Of a stretch of DNA of 64,000 nt, positions 9,144 to 19,475 are shown in pieces. Origin of the DNA: Nitrospirota bacterium (GTDB lineage: Bacteria > Nitrospirota > UBA9217). The notes under the pieces are model-generated. The model was not told where the DNA came from, ran no database searches, and saw nothing but the letters and a program-made list of their open reading frames with translations. The DNA lies in NCBI GenBank assembly GCA_963840455.1, contig CAWIYV010000011.1, forward strand, positions 800,001-864,000, written 5' to 3'. Each line of letters starts with the position of its first letter. The stretch's first letter is position 1. Both the position numbers and the translations under genes were made by a program.

Positions 9144-10538
9144 CTACAGCTCGAACTGCTGGCCCAGCTCGGGCACGTGGGTCAAGAACCCGTACCGTTC
9201 CCTTGCCAAGCCCGCAAAGAAGAGCGCTGCCTTTTCTTCGCCATGGGTCACGAAGACCGTCGGGCTGCTCCTGAACGCCGAAAGCCATGCAAGCAGCTCC
9301 TTCTGGTCGGCGTGGGCCGAGAACCCGCCGATGGTCCATACCCGGGCCCGGACCGCGATCTCCTCGCCCCAGATCAAGACCGACCGCGCACCGTCCACGA
9401 TCCGCCGGCCCAGCGTTCCCTGCGCCTGGAACCCGACGAAGATGATGCTGCACTCCGGCCGCCAGAGGTTGTGCTTCAGGTGATGTCCGATGCGCCCCCC
9501 TTCGCACATGCCGCTGCCCGCGACGATGATGGCCCGGGACGTGATCTTGTTGATGGCCATGGATTCCTCGATCGAGTGCGTGAACCGGACCGTGATCGCA
9601 TCGCCGATCCTGCCGCCCCTGAGCAGCCGCACGGCCTCCTCATCGAAGAGCTCGGGGTGGCTGAGGTAGATCCGTGTCGCCTTTTCCGCGAGCGGGCTGT
9701 CGATCGTGACGGTCAGCTTCGGCAGCGTCCCCTCGCGTACCAGCCGGTTGAGAAGATACAGAACATCCTGCGTGCGGCCGATGGCAAAGGCCGGGATGAG
9801 CACGTTCCCGCCCTTTGCGAAGGTGGTCGAGATCGCCTCGGCGAGCTCTGTGGCTGTATCCGCGCTGTTCTTGTGCAGCCGGTCGCCGTAGGTCGATTCC
9901 ATGACAACATAGTCGGCCTCTGTGGCGAGCGTAGGGTCGTTGATGATGGGGGTCCCCTTCTTGCCGATGTCGCCCGAGAAGATGATCTTCTTCTCGTTGT
10001 CCGGTGCGGCGAGCCAGAGCGCCAGGCTGCCGGAGCCGAGGATGTGGCCCGCGTCGAAAAAGCTGTACCGGACGCCCATGCCCGTGTCGAGGATCTGGCC
10101 GTACTTCACACGATCGATGAGCGGCAACACCTTCTCCACGTCTTCAGTCGTGTAAAGCGGCTCAACGGTTTCGCCGCCCTTCCGCAGCGACCGCCGGGAC
10201 ATCCGCTCGGCGTCGTTCTCCTGGATCTTCGCCGAGTCGAGCAGCATGGGGCCGATCAGGTCCGCCGTCGCCGTGGTCGTGATGATCCTGCCCCGGAAGC
10301 CCTCCTTCACCAGGCGGGGGATCAGGCCGGAGTGGTCGAGGTGCGCGTGGGTCAGGAAGAGGAGGTCGACCCCTTTTGGATCAAAGGCGAAGGGCTCGCG
10401 GTTCCGGTCGTGGGAATCGCTCGCGCCCTGCACGATCCCGCAGTCAACGAGGAACTTTCCCTTCGTCAGGGTCAGCAGGTAGCAGGAGCCGGTCACCGCG
10501 CGCGCAGCGCCGAGAAAACGGATGGTACCGATGCTCAT
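9144..10538 (-). CDS. MBL-fold beta-CASP RNA-metabolising hydrolase (COG1236)
   Basis: FLGAARAVTGS, THAHLDHSG, AGHILGS, FSGDIG, MESTYG, GMCEGGRI, FSAHAD. Confidence 0.93.
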   Translation of the reverse strand: MSIGTIRFLGAARAVTGSCYLLTLTKGKFLVDCGIVQGASDSHDRNREPFAFDPKGVDLLFLTHAHLDHSGLIPRLVKEGFRGRIITTTATADLIGPMLLDSAKIQENDAERMSRRSLRKGGETVEPLYTTEDVEKVLPLIDRVKYGQILDTGMGVRYSFFDAGHILGSGSLALWLAAPDNEKKIIFSGDIGKKGTPIINDPTLATEADYVVMESTYGDRLHKNSADTATELAEAISTTFAKGGNVLIPAFAIGRTQDVLYLLNRLVREGTLPKLTVTIDSPLAEKATRIYLSHPELFDEEAVRLLRGGRIGDAITVRFTHSIEESMAINKITSRAIIVAGSGMCEGGRIGHHLKHNLWRPECSIIFVGFQAQGTLGRRIVDGARSVLIWGEEIAVRARVWTIGGFSAHADQKELLAWLSAFRSSPTVFVTHGEEKAALFFAGLARERYGFLTHVPELGQQFEL

Positions 10539-11086
10539 GATGACCTCCTCGGGCGGACCACTGCAATACAAGAACGCAAGCCAGACCCGGAGCAGTCACA
10601 GCAAATTGCACCGCAAAGGTCGCTGAGACCGCTGAGGTCTGAAGCGTTCATTCAATCAAATTACTGCTCTGCGCGCTTTGCGTTTTCTGCGGCTGCAGTA
10701 AGACACTTTTTCGCTTTGCCTCTGTTATTATTCCTGTTAAGACCTGTCCATCCGTGGCGAAGTTATTTTCTCGCCGCCGCAATGGACATGTCTTTGGTCA
10801 AGATCTTTGCTATTCGAGGCAATCATAACAATCAAGCGTCATATGTTACCCACTTGTTCTGGAGATGACCCATCATAGAAAGGGTACCTCCTACGATGTT
10901 CCCGCTCTTGGCAAATTATACCCCACTTATCGCCGAGGGAGTACAGGGTTTTGATAACTGATCGTTACGTGGCGGGAATCCTGGGTAGTGATATATCCGA
11001 AGAGAATAGACAGCGGGAGCTTCCGAGATCGAAAATCTATGCTATACTATTATTTAGATGCAGAGCATCATTCGAGTTTAGCCGTT

Positions 11087-11244
11087 TGCCTTGGGTTTTG
11101 AGGGGAGAGGTACCGTAGTATACAGAACGCCTCTATGCATCATGCGGTGTGCAAGCCCTCACAAGCTGTAAAGAGGGAAGCCTAAAGCATCTGCTGAGGC
11201 AAATACTTTGGAACCAGCCTCGCAAATACTCAAAACTCAAGGCA
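11087..11244. repeat. ~158-bp structured repeat with terminal inverted repeats, copy 2
   Basis: TGCCTTGGGTTTTGAG...CTCAAAACTCAAGGCA; colinear with 7125-7283. Confidence 0.85.
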
Positions 11245-11646
11245 TGCTTTTTCTCTCCTTCATCGGTTCTTTCCTGGTATAAGACCTCATGCCCCATTCC
11301 GCACTCCGTATTTGATCACATCCCTGTCACCGCGTCTCCGTGCCGGTTGTCTTGCGGGAGATGACGTCGGGATCGGGTAGGTTGTCGGAGGCTTCGAGGG
11401 ATTCTTCTGTCAATGAAAAAGCTGATTGTCAAACCGCAAGACCTGGCCCTAAAGGTTCCTGACACTCTTACGGCGTCTATGCGGCCCGCTTTCCCTGCAA
11501 CGGCTTAATCCCGTCGATCGTCTTTTGGATGCGGTTGTAAGGCGGGTCCGGCTGTCGGTTTGGATGAGGGAGGAAGGGAACAAGAATCGGCAGACGTCAA
11601 ACATTATAGACCTGGCCCTAAGATGATCCTGATGTCAATTTCTCCA

Positions 11647-11913
11647 TTAAATTTTATGCTTTTTCAGTGCAGCGATTAACGCCACGTATGCTATGTTGGT
11701 TGCCGACAGAAGCGGGACCGCAATAAAGGCCCCGATAGGTCCCGTTTTTTCTAACGCCTCGCAAACGGTAAAAGACAGAATGAGAAAAGGTACAGCAAAA
11801 GGAATCATGATCATCCATAGGCGGGGGATGAAAGCATACACGTCTATTGCGGAAAAATCTTGCGATTGATCCTTATGCGATCGATTGATCTCCATTGTTT
11901 CTCTATCATCCAT
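11647..11913 (-). CDS. small two-TM hypothetical protein
   Basis: MDDRETMEIN... followed by two hydrophobic segments; GAGGAG upstream. Confidence 0.5.
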   Translation of the reverse strand: MDDRETMEINRSHKDQSQDFSAIDVYAFIPRLWMIMIPFAVPFLILSFTVCEALEKTGPIGAFIAVPLLSATNIAYVALIAALKKHKI

Positions 11914-12053
11914 GTCCTGTCTCCTCTCGGCGTATTTTCTGAATGAGCGTGCTGCGGGGGAGGGAGGGAAGGGAGGAGCGCGTTTCGCCTCCCTAGTCAA
12001 TCCTCTGTCGCAGCATGATCGCACCATGACCTTCGAAGCGCTGGGATGGGTAA

Positions 12054-12231
12054 CTACTCTCCGCAGGCCTTCGCAAGATAATCGGCAAGAACCTCGAGCA
12101 CATCATCAGAGATGGCACAGGTGTCCTCGCTGTCTCTTTCTGAGCGCCAGCGCCCAGCCCATGCGGTCGCTTGCCAAGTCCTTGAAGTTCGTCGACTTGT
12201 GGCCTTCGTGCCTCATTAGGTTGATCTGGAT
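12054..12231 (-). pseudogene. deleted paralog of the cytochrome c at 12920-13204
   Basis: Matches 12920-13070 and then jumps to the RBS region (13205-13231 equivalent); signal peptide and CxxC are missing. Confidence 0.75.
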
Positions 12232-12264
12232 CTTTTATTCCATCAGATACTCATCCAGTTCAGC

Positions 12265-12693
12265 TCAGGCCAGCATTTCCCCGCCATCGAGCAGCATTGC
12301 AACGTTGAGCGGCACAAAGGGCTTGACGATGAAGTCGTTCGCCCCTGCCTTCAGGAACGGCCCTCCCATGTCCAGGCTGCTCATCCCGATGATCACGACA
12401 AGGGCCGGCTGGACGGCCCTGAGCCGCCGTACGAGCTCGATGCCGTGCATTCCCGGCATCTTGAAATCGGTGATGATGTAGTCATAGTACCCGTTCATCG
12501 CAGCCTGAAGCGCGTCGTTGCCGTTCTCGCAGAGGGTCACCTCCATATTATAGGAGCTCAAGGCGTAGTTCAGCCCGTCTCGCACATCTTTGTCGTCATC
12601 TACGATCAGCACACTGGGCCTGTCATGCATGCTGATCTCCCAAGGCGATAGATCCATAACTTCCTGTATTTCTTGCATATATTCTCCTTTCAT
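12265..12693 (-). CDS. single-domain response regulator (receiver); start uncertain
   Basis: VLIVDDD, IITDFKMPGMHG, GANDFIVKP. Confidence 0.88.
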   Translation of the reverse strand: MKGEYMQEIQEVMDLSPWEISMHDRPSVLIVDDDKDVRDGLNYALSSYNMEVTLCENGNDALQAAMNGYYDYIITDFKMPGMHGIELVRRLRAVQPALVVIIGMSSLDMGGPFLKAGANDFIVKPFVPLNVAMLLDGGEMLA

Positions 12694-12849
12694 CTACGAG
12701 ATACAAATAAAATCTGTTTATACAATATTAATTAGTTGAAATATACCAAAAAATGCATTCCTTTGCAAGCTAATAATCGTGTTATTTTTAGGGTAGAGCC
12801 GGGTGGGAATCAAGGTCCGGGGACCGGATGAGCCTTTGACAAAAACCTT

Positions 12850-12898
12850 AGGGTCAAATCTTTACTGTCATGAATATCGATAATAAAGATTTGACCCT
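12850..12898. repeat. perfect 15-bp inverted repeat of the GGGTCA motif family
   Basis: AGGGTCAAATCTTTA-N19-TAAAGATTTGACCCT. Confidence 0.85.
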
Positions 12899-12919
12899 CG
12901 TGTGGTCGGGGACGCGTTT

Positions 12920-13204
12920 CTACTCCCCGTAGTTCTCCGCAAGATAATCGGCAAGGACCTCGAGGTCAGCATCCGAGATGGCACAGGTGTCGCGCTGCAT
13001 CCTGCTCAGCGTGAGTACCCAGCCCTTGCGGTCGCTCGTCTGGTCCTTGAACTTCGGCTTCTTGTGGCATTTCAGGCACTTCTGCTCGAACAGGGACTTA
13101 CCGTCCAGTTGCCTCGCTTTTTCCCCGCCAAAAGCGTTCGGCAGCATCAGCATCGCAGCAGCTGCCAGTATTGCAACTACGATGAAACTGATCGTTCTTT
13201 TCAT
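12920..13204 (-). CDS. small monoheme cytochrome c
   Basis: Signal peptide, CLKCH, W...L.RM, RBS AGGAGG. Confidence 0.85.
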   Translation of the reverse strand: MKRTISFIVVAILAAAAMLMLPNAFGGEKARQLDGKSLFEQKCLKCHKKPKFKDQTSDRKGWVLTLSRMQRDTCAISDADLEVLADYLAENYGE

Positions 13205-13560
13205 TTCGTGCCTCCTTTGGCTGATCTGGATTATTTAAATCCTCTGATGCTTGTCCCGCTGCCGCCCATTGACCGTCATTATTTACAGATAATATCTGTG
13301 CATGCAATTATTATTTGTTTAACTATAGCAAAGAATGGCCCATTTGGCAAGGTAAGACTCGGATTAGTTTGGGGTAGAGCCGGTTCGGAACCAAGGGACG
13401 ACTGCCAGAGGGGCCTTTAACAGGGATGATCGGGACCATCTGGCGAAGAGGCCTGAGGGGCCCTTTTCCTGTTCATGCTCTTTCAGGGCGTACTCAGGGT
13501 CCTCAGGTTCAGGAATGTGGTCTCACGACGGAGGAGAGGGCAATGTCAACAGTAAAGACC

Positions 13561-13940
13561 TGATAATATAAGGGGACGCTACCCGAGCATGCCTGAGTAA
13601 TCTCCTTGGAGGTGCAAATCGTCCCACCCTTTTATAGCGTTCTCAGCATCTTAACCGCCCATGTCGCGAGCCACCTTGGGGCTGGTTAACAACCACGAGG
13701 CCTGAACAAACATTTGGACACGGCCTGGAACCGAAGATTTTCCGGTCCGCCATGAGGCGGAAAGGGTCACAGGATCAATGTTTCACCATCGTGACATTAA
13801 TCTCGATGGGTGACTGGTGCAGGAGAGACTGACATCGAAACCGAATGAAACTACAGCAGCGGGAGAGATCCGGAGAACGAAAGGTTGGACGCTCGCCCCT
13901 AGGATAGCTTTTTCTCCTTGGCGGTGCCTTTTAATGGGTG
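13561..13940 (+). mobile_element. non-autonomous IS110/IS1111 derivative (left end fused to the right-end ncRNA region, no transposase)
   Basis: 13620-13940 aligns with 38350-38685; flanks AAAGACC|TG ... TG|ACCCC. Confidence 0.85.
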
Positions 13941-13998
13941 ACCCCTTACGCCCTTCTTGCCTTTGGCACATGCTTGTATCCCAAAGGTAAGGCTGTTT

Positions 13999-14874
13999 TC
14001 ATTTACACGGTGAAGTGCTTTGATCAATCGCAAGGACCGCTCCGCTCGTCATCTCTAGCAGACTTGCCGCCACAGTATCCTCGCAACTTTCCCTTCCCGG
14101 GAGTCCCCTCCTATTGCGCTCGGATGTGACCGCAAACAGATGGGTGGCGCCGGTCCTGCTGTAAATTTTCTTCCGGCCTTCTTCCGAAGCCAGCCCGGCC
14201 ATTTTCAACCGGTACTCATCGACAATCCCCTCCAGGAGCGCTCCGTCTACAAATGATACATTATCCTGAAGGGGCATGTTATTGAGCGTATTGTTTTCGA
14301 TGTCCCTTCGGATTTGCCTGCTCCTATCCTCCTGCCAGAGAAAAGACCTCTCGCCCGTATTGTTCCTGACATTCGTGACAACGACAGCCAGATTGATCCG
14401 CTGTTCGCCGATGACCGAAAGTTCATAGATCTTGTGCGCCGAAGGGGGCGACATAAAATATAATTTCGGCTTGATGGTGAACGAGAGCCTTTTGCCATCG
14501 CGCCTTACCAGAAAGCGGACATCTTCATCATTGTTCATGCGCATGAATTTGAGAAATTCCCCGTAGGGAAGTATCTTGTCGTTGACGGCTGTAATCACAT
14601 CTCCCGTCCGCATGCCAGCGGCCATTGCCGGAGAATCTGGATCGATAGCATCAATGAGCAATCGGCCCTCGACCGCTTTCACAACGATGCCCGCGCCGTA
14701 AACCGGCATATCATTGTTCGACGCCGTACGCCGCGGATATTGCTCCCCTGGGCGATGCTCGGCGCAAGCAATAAGACAAAGCAGGCAAACCGCGGCAACA
14801 AGCAGTCTATGGTTATACAAGCGGACCCTCCCTGGAGTGTATTGCTGGGGATTGTAGAGAAAATGCAAGGCCAA
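13999..14874 (-). CDS. PDZ-domain lipoprotein
   Basis: Lipobox LIAC; PDZ motif GAGI...DSPA..AGMRTGDVITAVN. Confidence 0.75.
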   Translation of the reverse strand: MALHFLYNPQQYTPGRVRLYNHRLLVAAVCLLCLIACAEHRPGEQYPRRTASNNDMPVYGAGIVVKAVEGRLLIDAIDPDSPAMAAGMRTGDVITAVNDKILPYGEFLKFMRMNNDEDVRFLVRRDGKRLSFTIKPKLYFMSPPSAHKIYELSVIGEQRINLAVVVTNVRNNTGERSFLWQEDRSRQIRRDIENNTLNNMPLQDNVSFVDGALLEGIVDEYRLKMAGLASEEGRKKIYSRTGATHLFAVTSERNRRGLPGRESCEDTVAASLLEMTSGAVLAIDQSTSPCK

Positions 14875-15168
14875 GTCAACGGGGAATGAGTGGACAGCAA
14901 TGTGATAGGAGCCGGTCTTCTTTCCTCACCCTGGTTTCAGTTCCCTACGGATAACTGCATGGAGCTTCAATCCTCAGGGTAGTTTTTATTCTAATCGCTC
15001 ACGAACCCCCGCAACTTCTACGGAAGGTGCGCTCGCTCCTGGATTCACGGGATGCAGGGGCCTCTTTATATCGTCTTCATTCCTGTCGTGATCTTTTAAG
15101 GTTACCATCCGGCTTGACATCGGGGGCGGGCTTCCCTACACTTGAGGAGAACAGGACAGGAGAGAGCC

Positions 15169-15870
15169 ATGGAACAACGGACATTCCTTATCGTGGACAG
15201 CAAGGCAACGTCGATCTTCTACACGGCGTCGCTGCTCAGGAAGCTCCGCTATATCGTCCGGACCGCGCCGTCGGGCGAGGAAGCCCTCGAGCTGATCACC
15301 CGGTCCGCGCCGACCTGCGTCATCACGGAGACCGCCCTCCCGAAGATGAGCGGCCTCGATCTGCTCGAACGGATCAAGGGCAATGCGGGCCTGCGGTTCA
15401 TCCCCGTCATCGTCAGCACTGCCGACGGAAGCGAGACGCTGCGTGATGCCTGCATGAAGGCCGGCTGCGCCGCCTACTTCGTCAAGCCCCTGGATCCGGA
15501 AGCGCTCTACCAGGCCATCCAGGCGGCCTCCGAGGCGACGCCGCGAAAGAACATCCGCATCATTGCGTCCCTCAAGTGCCGGGTCGGGGCCAGGACCGAG
15601 GACGTGACGAGCATTTCCGTCGGAGGGCTCTACATCCGTTGCGTGTCGCCCGAGCCGGTGCATGCCCCGCTCGCGGTCACCCTGCTGCTCGGCGGCCGCG
15701 AGATCGCGGCGAAGGCCGTGGTCCTCTACAGCTCTAACAAGGCGGGCGGGATCCACCCCTTCCCCGGCATGGGCGTCAAATTCACCGAGATCGGTACAGC
15801 GGACGTGCAGAACATTAGCGAGTTCATCAGGGCGGAACTGATGAAGGACCTTGGGGATCGGAAGGCTTAG
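15169..15870 (+). CDS. atypical receiver domain + PilZ domain protein
   Basis: LIVDS, ITET.LPKMSG, YFVKP; PilZ motifs RKNIR, SISVGG, GMGVKF. Confidence 0.82.
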   Translation: MEQRTFLIVDSKATSIFYTASLLRKLRYIVRTAPSGEEALELITRSAPTCVITETALPKMSGLDLLERIKGNAGLRFIPVIVSTADGSETLRDACMKAGCAAYFVKPLDPEALYQAIQAASEATPRKNIRIIASLKCRVGARTEDVTSISVGGLYIRCVSPEPVHAPLAVTLLLGGREIAAKAVVLYSSNKAGGIHPFPGMGVKFTEIGTADVQNISEFIRAELMKDLGDRKA

Positions 15871-15984
15871 CTTGCTGCACGGAAGCGGTCACCGCAGGCA
15901 GCAAACCCGGGAAGTTCTCCTCCACAGACCGCATTCCGAATTCCGCATAGCTGTTTCCTAGAGGAGTTTGAAGCGGCAGGCCCA

Positions 15985-16080
15985 TACGAAAATTTAGGTG
16001 GGTGACCGAGGACGAGGGTTAAACATTTCGGATGTCCGAAGCCCGAAGGGCAAGTTTCCGAAATACGCCGAGAACGACCC
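15985..16080. repeat. MITE-like hairpin repeat family A (other copies 26026-26198, 35368-35470, 35500-35674; related pair 4169-4295 and 35199-35329)
   Basis: Shared core CATTTCGGATGTCCGAAGCCCGAAGGGCAAGTTTCCGAAAT; two copies also carry AAGAAAGTGACCCAAAGAA. Confidence 0.8.
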
Positions 16081-16225
16081 CGCTCGCCTCTTCTTTCCGC
16101 GGGACGTTTTGTGTGAGTCCGCGCAGGGTACTCTCGGTGAAGAGAACAGGCCATAATGGCCGGACCGCAACAGGTTGAGTTCAGTTCGACAATCGGCGCT
16201 GAGAGCAATCGCGACAGGTTTGGCA

Positions 16226-16594
16226 ATGATCATCTATAGGATACTGGAGGAAGAGGGCATCGTCATCATTGAACCTTCAGGTCCGATCACGCGATCGGAC
16301 CTTGAAGCGCTCACGAGGGACGTAGACAACTATGTCAGGCAAAAGGGAATGATCAGGGGCATGATCATACATACACGATCATTCCCGCGGTGGCATGATC
16401 CCGGCGCCTTTCTCAAAGACATGAAGTTCGTCTTTGCTCATCAGCGCAAGATACAACGGGTTGCATCAGTTACGGACTCAAAACTGTTATTCATCGTTCA
16501 CAGCATAGCACGCCATGTGTTCTCGCCTCAAATAAGACATTTCTCGTATGGAGAAATGGAAGCAGCACTAACGTGGATACGGGAAAAGCGGTGA
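16226..16594 (+). CDS. STAS/SEC14 (SpoIIAA-like) protein
   Basis: G.IT..D, FP.W....AF, H..KI.RVA.VTD, IRHF......A..W. Confidence 0.8.
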   Translation: MIIYRILEEEGIVIIEPSGPITRSDLEALTRDVDNYVRQKGMIRGMIIHTRSFPRWHDPGAFLKDMKFVFAHQRKIQRVASVTDSKLLFIVHSIARHVFSPQIRHFSYGEMEAALTWIREKR

Positions 16595-16777
16595 CGAGAA
16601 GGTCAGGTAAGGGACATTGGAGTATCTTAGGGACGTTGTTTATAAGCTTGCTTTCTCATCCGCCGTTGCTTAGTTCCTGATAAAGTACAGAGAGAAACAA
16701 CATCCCTAAAAGCTCCCAGCACCGGATCTGCCCTATGAAATACTTGTCATCGGAGGTTGCAACGATTCGAAATAATT

Positions 16778-18229
16778 TCAGGGTTGACGCACCGCACCGC
16801 TGTAAAAGACCTCGCATTTGCCGCCTTGAAGAAAGCGTTTTGTCTTCCTGAAAAGGTGAGAGATCTGGCCGCCAAGGGACACGAATGCGCTCACCCCGCT
16901 GATCCGGGGACTGTCGAAGGGACCGCTGACGCTTTGTTTGAATGTTGCGCATCCCTTGTCATCGAGAATCGCCACGGTTACATTATCATATCGTTCACTG
17001 ACAAGATCGAGCTTGCCTTTCAGAGCGACACGATGATGGTGCGTCGCAAGGGCGCAGTCCGTGGCGTCTGCAACACCGTCCTTGATTTTCCAGTGGGAGA
17101 TGAACTGCGTGATGGCACCCGACCCTTCCTGGGCCAGGTGATACACGTCCCAATAACGGTACCCCTTGAGCGAAGCGGTACTGAGCGTCAGCGCAGCGGT
17201 ACCGAGGGGGCCGGCGACGAAGAAAGCGCCGAGGTCGACGAGATCGAACTGCTGGCTCGTCTCATACGATGAGAGGACCTTGTCGAGGTCCATCATAAAC
17301 ATGACAAGATTATCACCCCGGAGAGAGAACGTCCCGTCTACGCTGCTCATCAGGGTGCGGCTTCTTTTCTCTTTCATCGTCAGGGAAGCATACAGCTCGC
17401 CTTTGCCGCCGATCACCTTATGGGTGCCGAGGGACTCCTCAAGTTTTTCGAAGTCCAGATTCGATGCCTTCAAATTGATCTTATACACAGCATCGGCTCC
17501 CGACTCATCTGCCGTGGCATCTCCCTCGCCCTTCGCGCCGAAGATATCCATGGTAAGGGGTTTGAGATAGATTACCCCCTTCGCTGCTTGCATAGGACTC
17601 TTGACATTGTCGATCTTAAGGTCCTTTATCCGCACCTCCTTGCAGTCCATGTTTCCCGTGAATGAGGCGTTCTTTATACCGTCCCCTGCGGTGTTCTCGA
17701 GCGAGAGGTCATTGATTGCCAGATGGAGACCCCTCAACTCGGTCTTTTCTCCCGTCTTCTGGTCAAGATAGACCAGCGCCCCCTGCGACAGCCTGATTAC
17801 TTTCAAACGGGAAACTGCTCCCATCGCCGCTTCGGTCGATTTCTTTTCAGCATATTCAAAATTATATTTCCCCTTATCGTCCTTCACGATGGTGACCGTC
17901 GGCTTGACAAGCTCGCATCGGGTAACCTTGATCTGCTTCTTCAGCAGGGGGATCACCTCCACGCCCAGCTTGAGTTTATTGAGGGAAAGGATCTCGCCTC
18001 TCTTGCCGGCGACATGGATATCATGAGCTGATACGCCAAAGGGGAATAACGAGAGCCTTATCTTCCCATTGATCCTGACCTCCAGGCCGGTCGCCTCTGA
18101 TGCCGCGGTTTCGATGCGGGACTTGTACGAATTGATATCGAATAGGAGGACAACGACAATTGCGGCGATCACGATCAGAGCGGCGGCGATGCCCGCGATC
18201 AACAGAACTTTTTTCCTTTGCGCTTTCAT
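16778..18229 (-). CDS. AsmA family protein
   Basis: N-terminal TM, D.NSYK..IE......TG....I.G.I.LSLFP, beta-rich body, C-terminal G.FD.P. Confidence 0.85.
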   Translation of the reverse strand: MKAQRKKVLLIAGIAAALIVIAAIVVVLLFDINSYKSRIETAASEATGLEVRINGKIRLSLFPFGVSAHDIHVAGKRGEILSLNKLKLGVEVIPLLKKQIKVTRCELVKPTVTIVKDDKGKYNFEYAEKKSTEAAMGAVSRLKVIRLSQGALVYLDQKTGEKTELRGLHLAINDLSLENTAGDGIKNASFTGNMDCKEVRIKDLKIDNVKSPMQAAKGVIYLKPLTMDIFGAKGEGDATADESGADAVYKINLKASNLDFEKLEESLGTHKVIGGKGELYASLTMKEKRSRTLMSSVDGTFSLRGDNLVMFMMDLDKVLSSYETSQQFDLVDLGAFFVAGPLGTAALTLSTASLKGYRYWDVYHLAQEGSGAITQFISHWKIKDGVADATDCALATHHHRVALKGKLDLVSERYDNVTVAILDDKGCATFKQSVSGPFDSPRISGVSAFVSLGGQISHLFRKTKRFLQGGKCEVFYSGAVRQP

Positions 18230-18444
18230 GGCCCTCACTCCGTGCAAAACATCTCATTTTCTTGATTATATACAGACTTGCTCGTCCTGTATAGTCCCGT
18301 GCAAGGTATGAGCTTCAGGCGGTGTGACGCGGCAATAGATCAGGAGGAAGGCTGTATCAGGCGTGATTCCGCAGGATAGCCATCCCCGCCCTGTCGGCAG
18401 AACACCATGAATACGTTTTCATCATTTTTGGGGTTGTCCAAAAT

Positions 18445-19329
18445 TTAGTGCATCGTCTTATGGGTTCCCGGCTTCATATCAGTGAGTTCGAACACGAAGG
18501 ACCCGACCTTGAGCTTGCTCTTCATAAGCACCGGGATCTTCCGGTCGTCGTCGGTGAGCCAGAGAAAGACCTCGCCCTTGCCCGTGAAGACCCCCTTGTA
18601 CTTTGGATGGGTCTTGATCTTGATCGTATCGAACTTCCCGGCAGCAGTGGTAACCTTCTCCCTGGCCAGAACAGAGACCTCGATGGCCCAGTTCTTGCCG
18701 CTGTCCACGACATCGATTTCCATGTGCCTGCCGATCGCAAGGTCTTCCTTTGTCCGGAGAAAGTAGAGCATCGACAGGCCGTCCTGGACCGGGTCAGGTA
18801 TGGTCAAGGTCTCGGTCGGGTCCTCGTTCAGCCTGCAGACCGCTGTTCTTTTTGCGTGGTCGAATTCCGTTACGCGGAGCCTCTTTTTCTTGCCATAGCT
18901 CTCCCTGAGGCTGTAGGAGAGGCTTTGCATGAGCAGCGGGTCGAAGACGCTCTGGACCGCATCATAAACCGGAAAGACCTTGTCCACCAGACCCTGAGAC
19001 CGGCCCCATACCACGAACCTGAGAACCTCCCTCTCATCCGGCAGTTTTTCCGTTTCGACCGTCATGGTCACTGTCCCTGCCGAGAACATGCTCGACCAGC
19101 TGACATCGTACGTCAGGGTCTCCCCCGGATGGAACGCCTGGATCCCTACCGGCGGGGGGGCAATCGTCTGTTCTGCTGCGCCGGACGCAGAGGCGGCAAG
19201 CAAAAGTCCGGGGACGAGAAAGCAGAACACCACGGACGTCCGCAAAACCCGGCTGGATCCTATTTTCACAGGGCGTATCATATGACTCGAGAGCGTATTA
19301 TCTTCAGGCCTGCAGGCGGCAAGGACCAA
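18445..19329 (-). CDS. DUF3108 family exported protein
   Basis: F.PGETLTYDVSW, D.LS.LY.LR, AGKFDT, LWLTDD.RKIPV; start uncertain. Confidence 0.82.
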   Translation of the reverse strand: MVLAACRPEDNTLSSHMIRPVKIGSSRVLRTSVVFCFLVPGLLLAASASGAAEQTIAPPPVGIQAFHPGETLTYDVSWSSMFSAGTVTMTVETEKLPDEREVLRFVVWGRSQGLVDKVFPVYDAVQSVFDPLLMQSLSYSLRESYGKKKRLRVTEFDHAKRTAVCRLNEDPTETLTIPDPVQDGLSMLYFLRTKEDLAIGRHMEIDVVDSGKNWAIEVSVLAREKVTTAAGKFDTIKIKTHPKYKGVFTGKGEVFLWLTDDDRKIPVLMKSKLKVGSFVFELTDMKPGTHKTMH

Positions 19330-19475
19330 ACCCGAAGACCATCGAAGACCATCGTTCTTACGTATATTATAGAGTATTTTTCCATCAAAGGTGATTTTCA
19401 GGCGGAAGGGTTTGAGCGGATGGGCGCCGCCGCAGCTGAAACGGGAGGAGTCGTCGGAAGAGAGGAAGCGTCTTT

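Noticed and set aside
9066-10868. 600-aa + strand ORF
   Set aside because: Antisense shadow of the beta-CASP gene in GC-rich DNA; no motifs.
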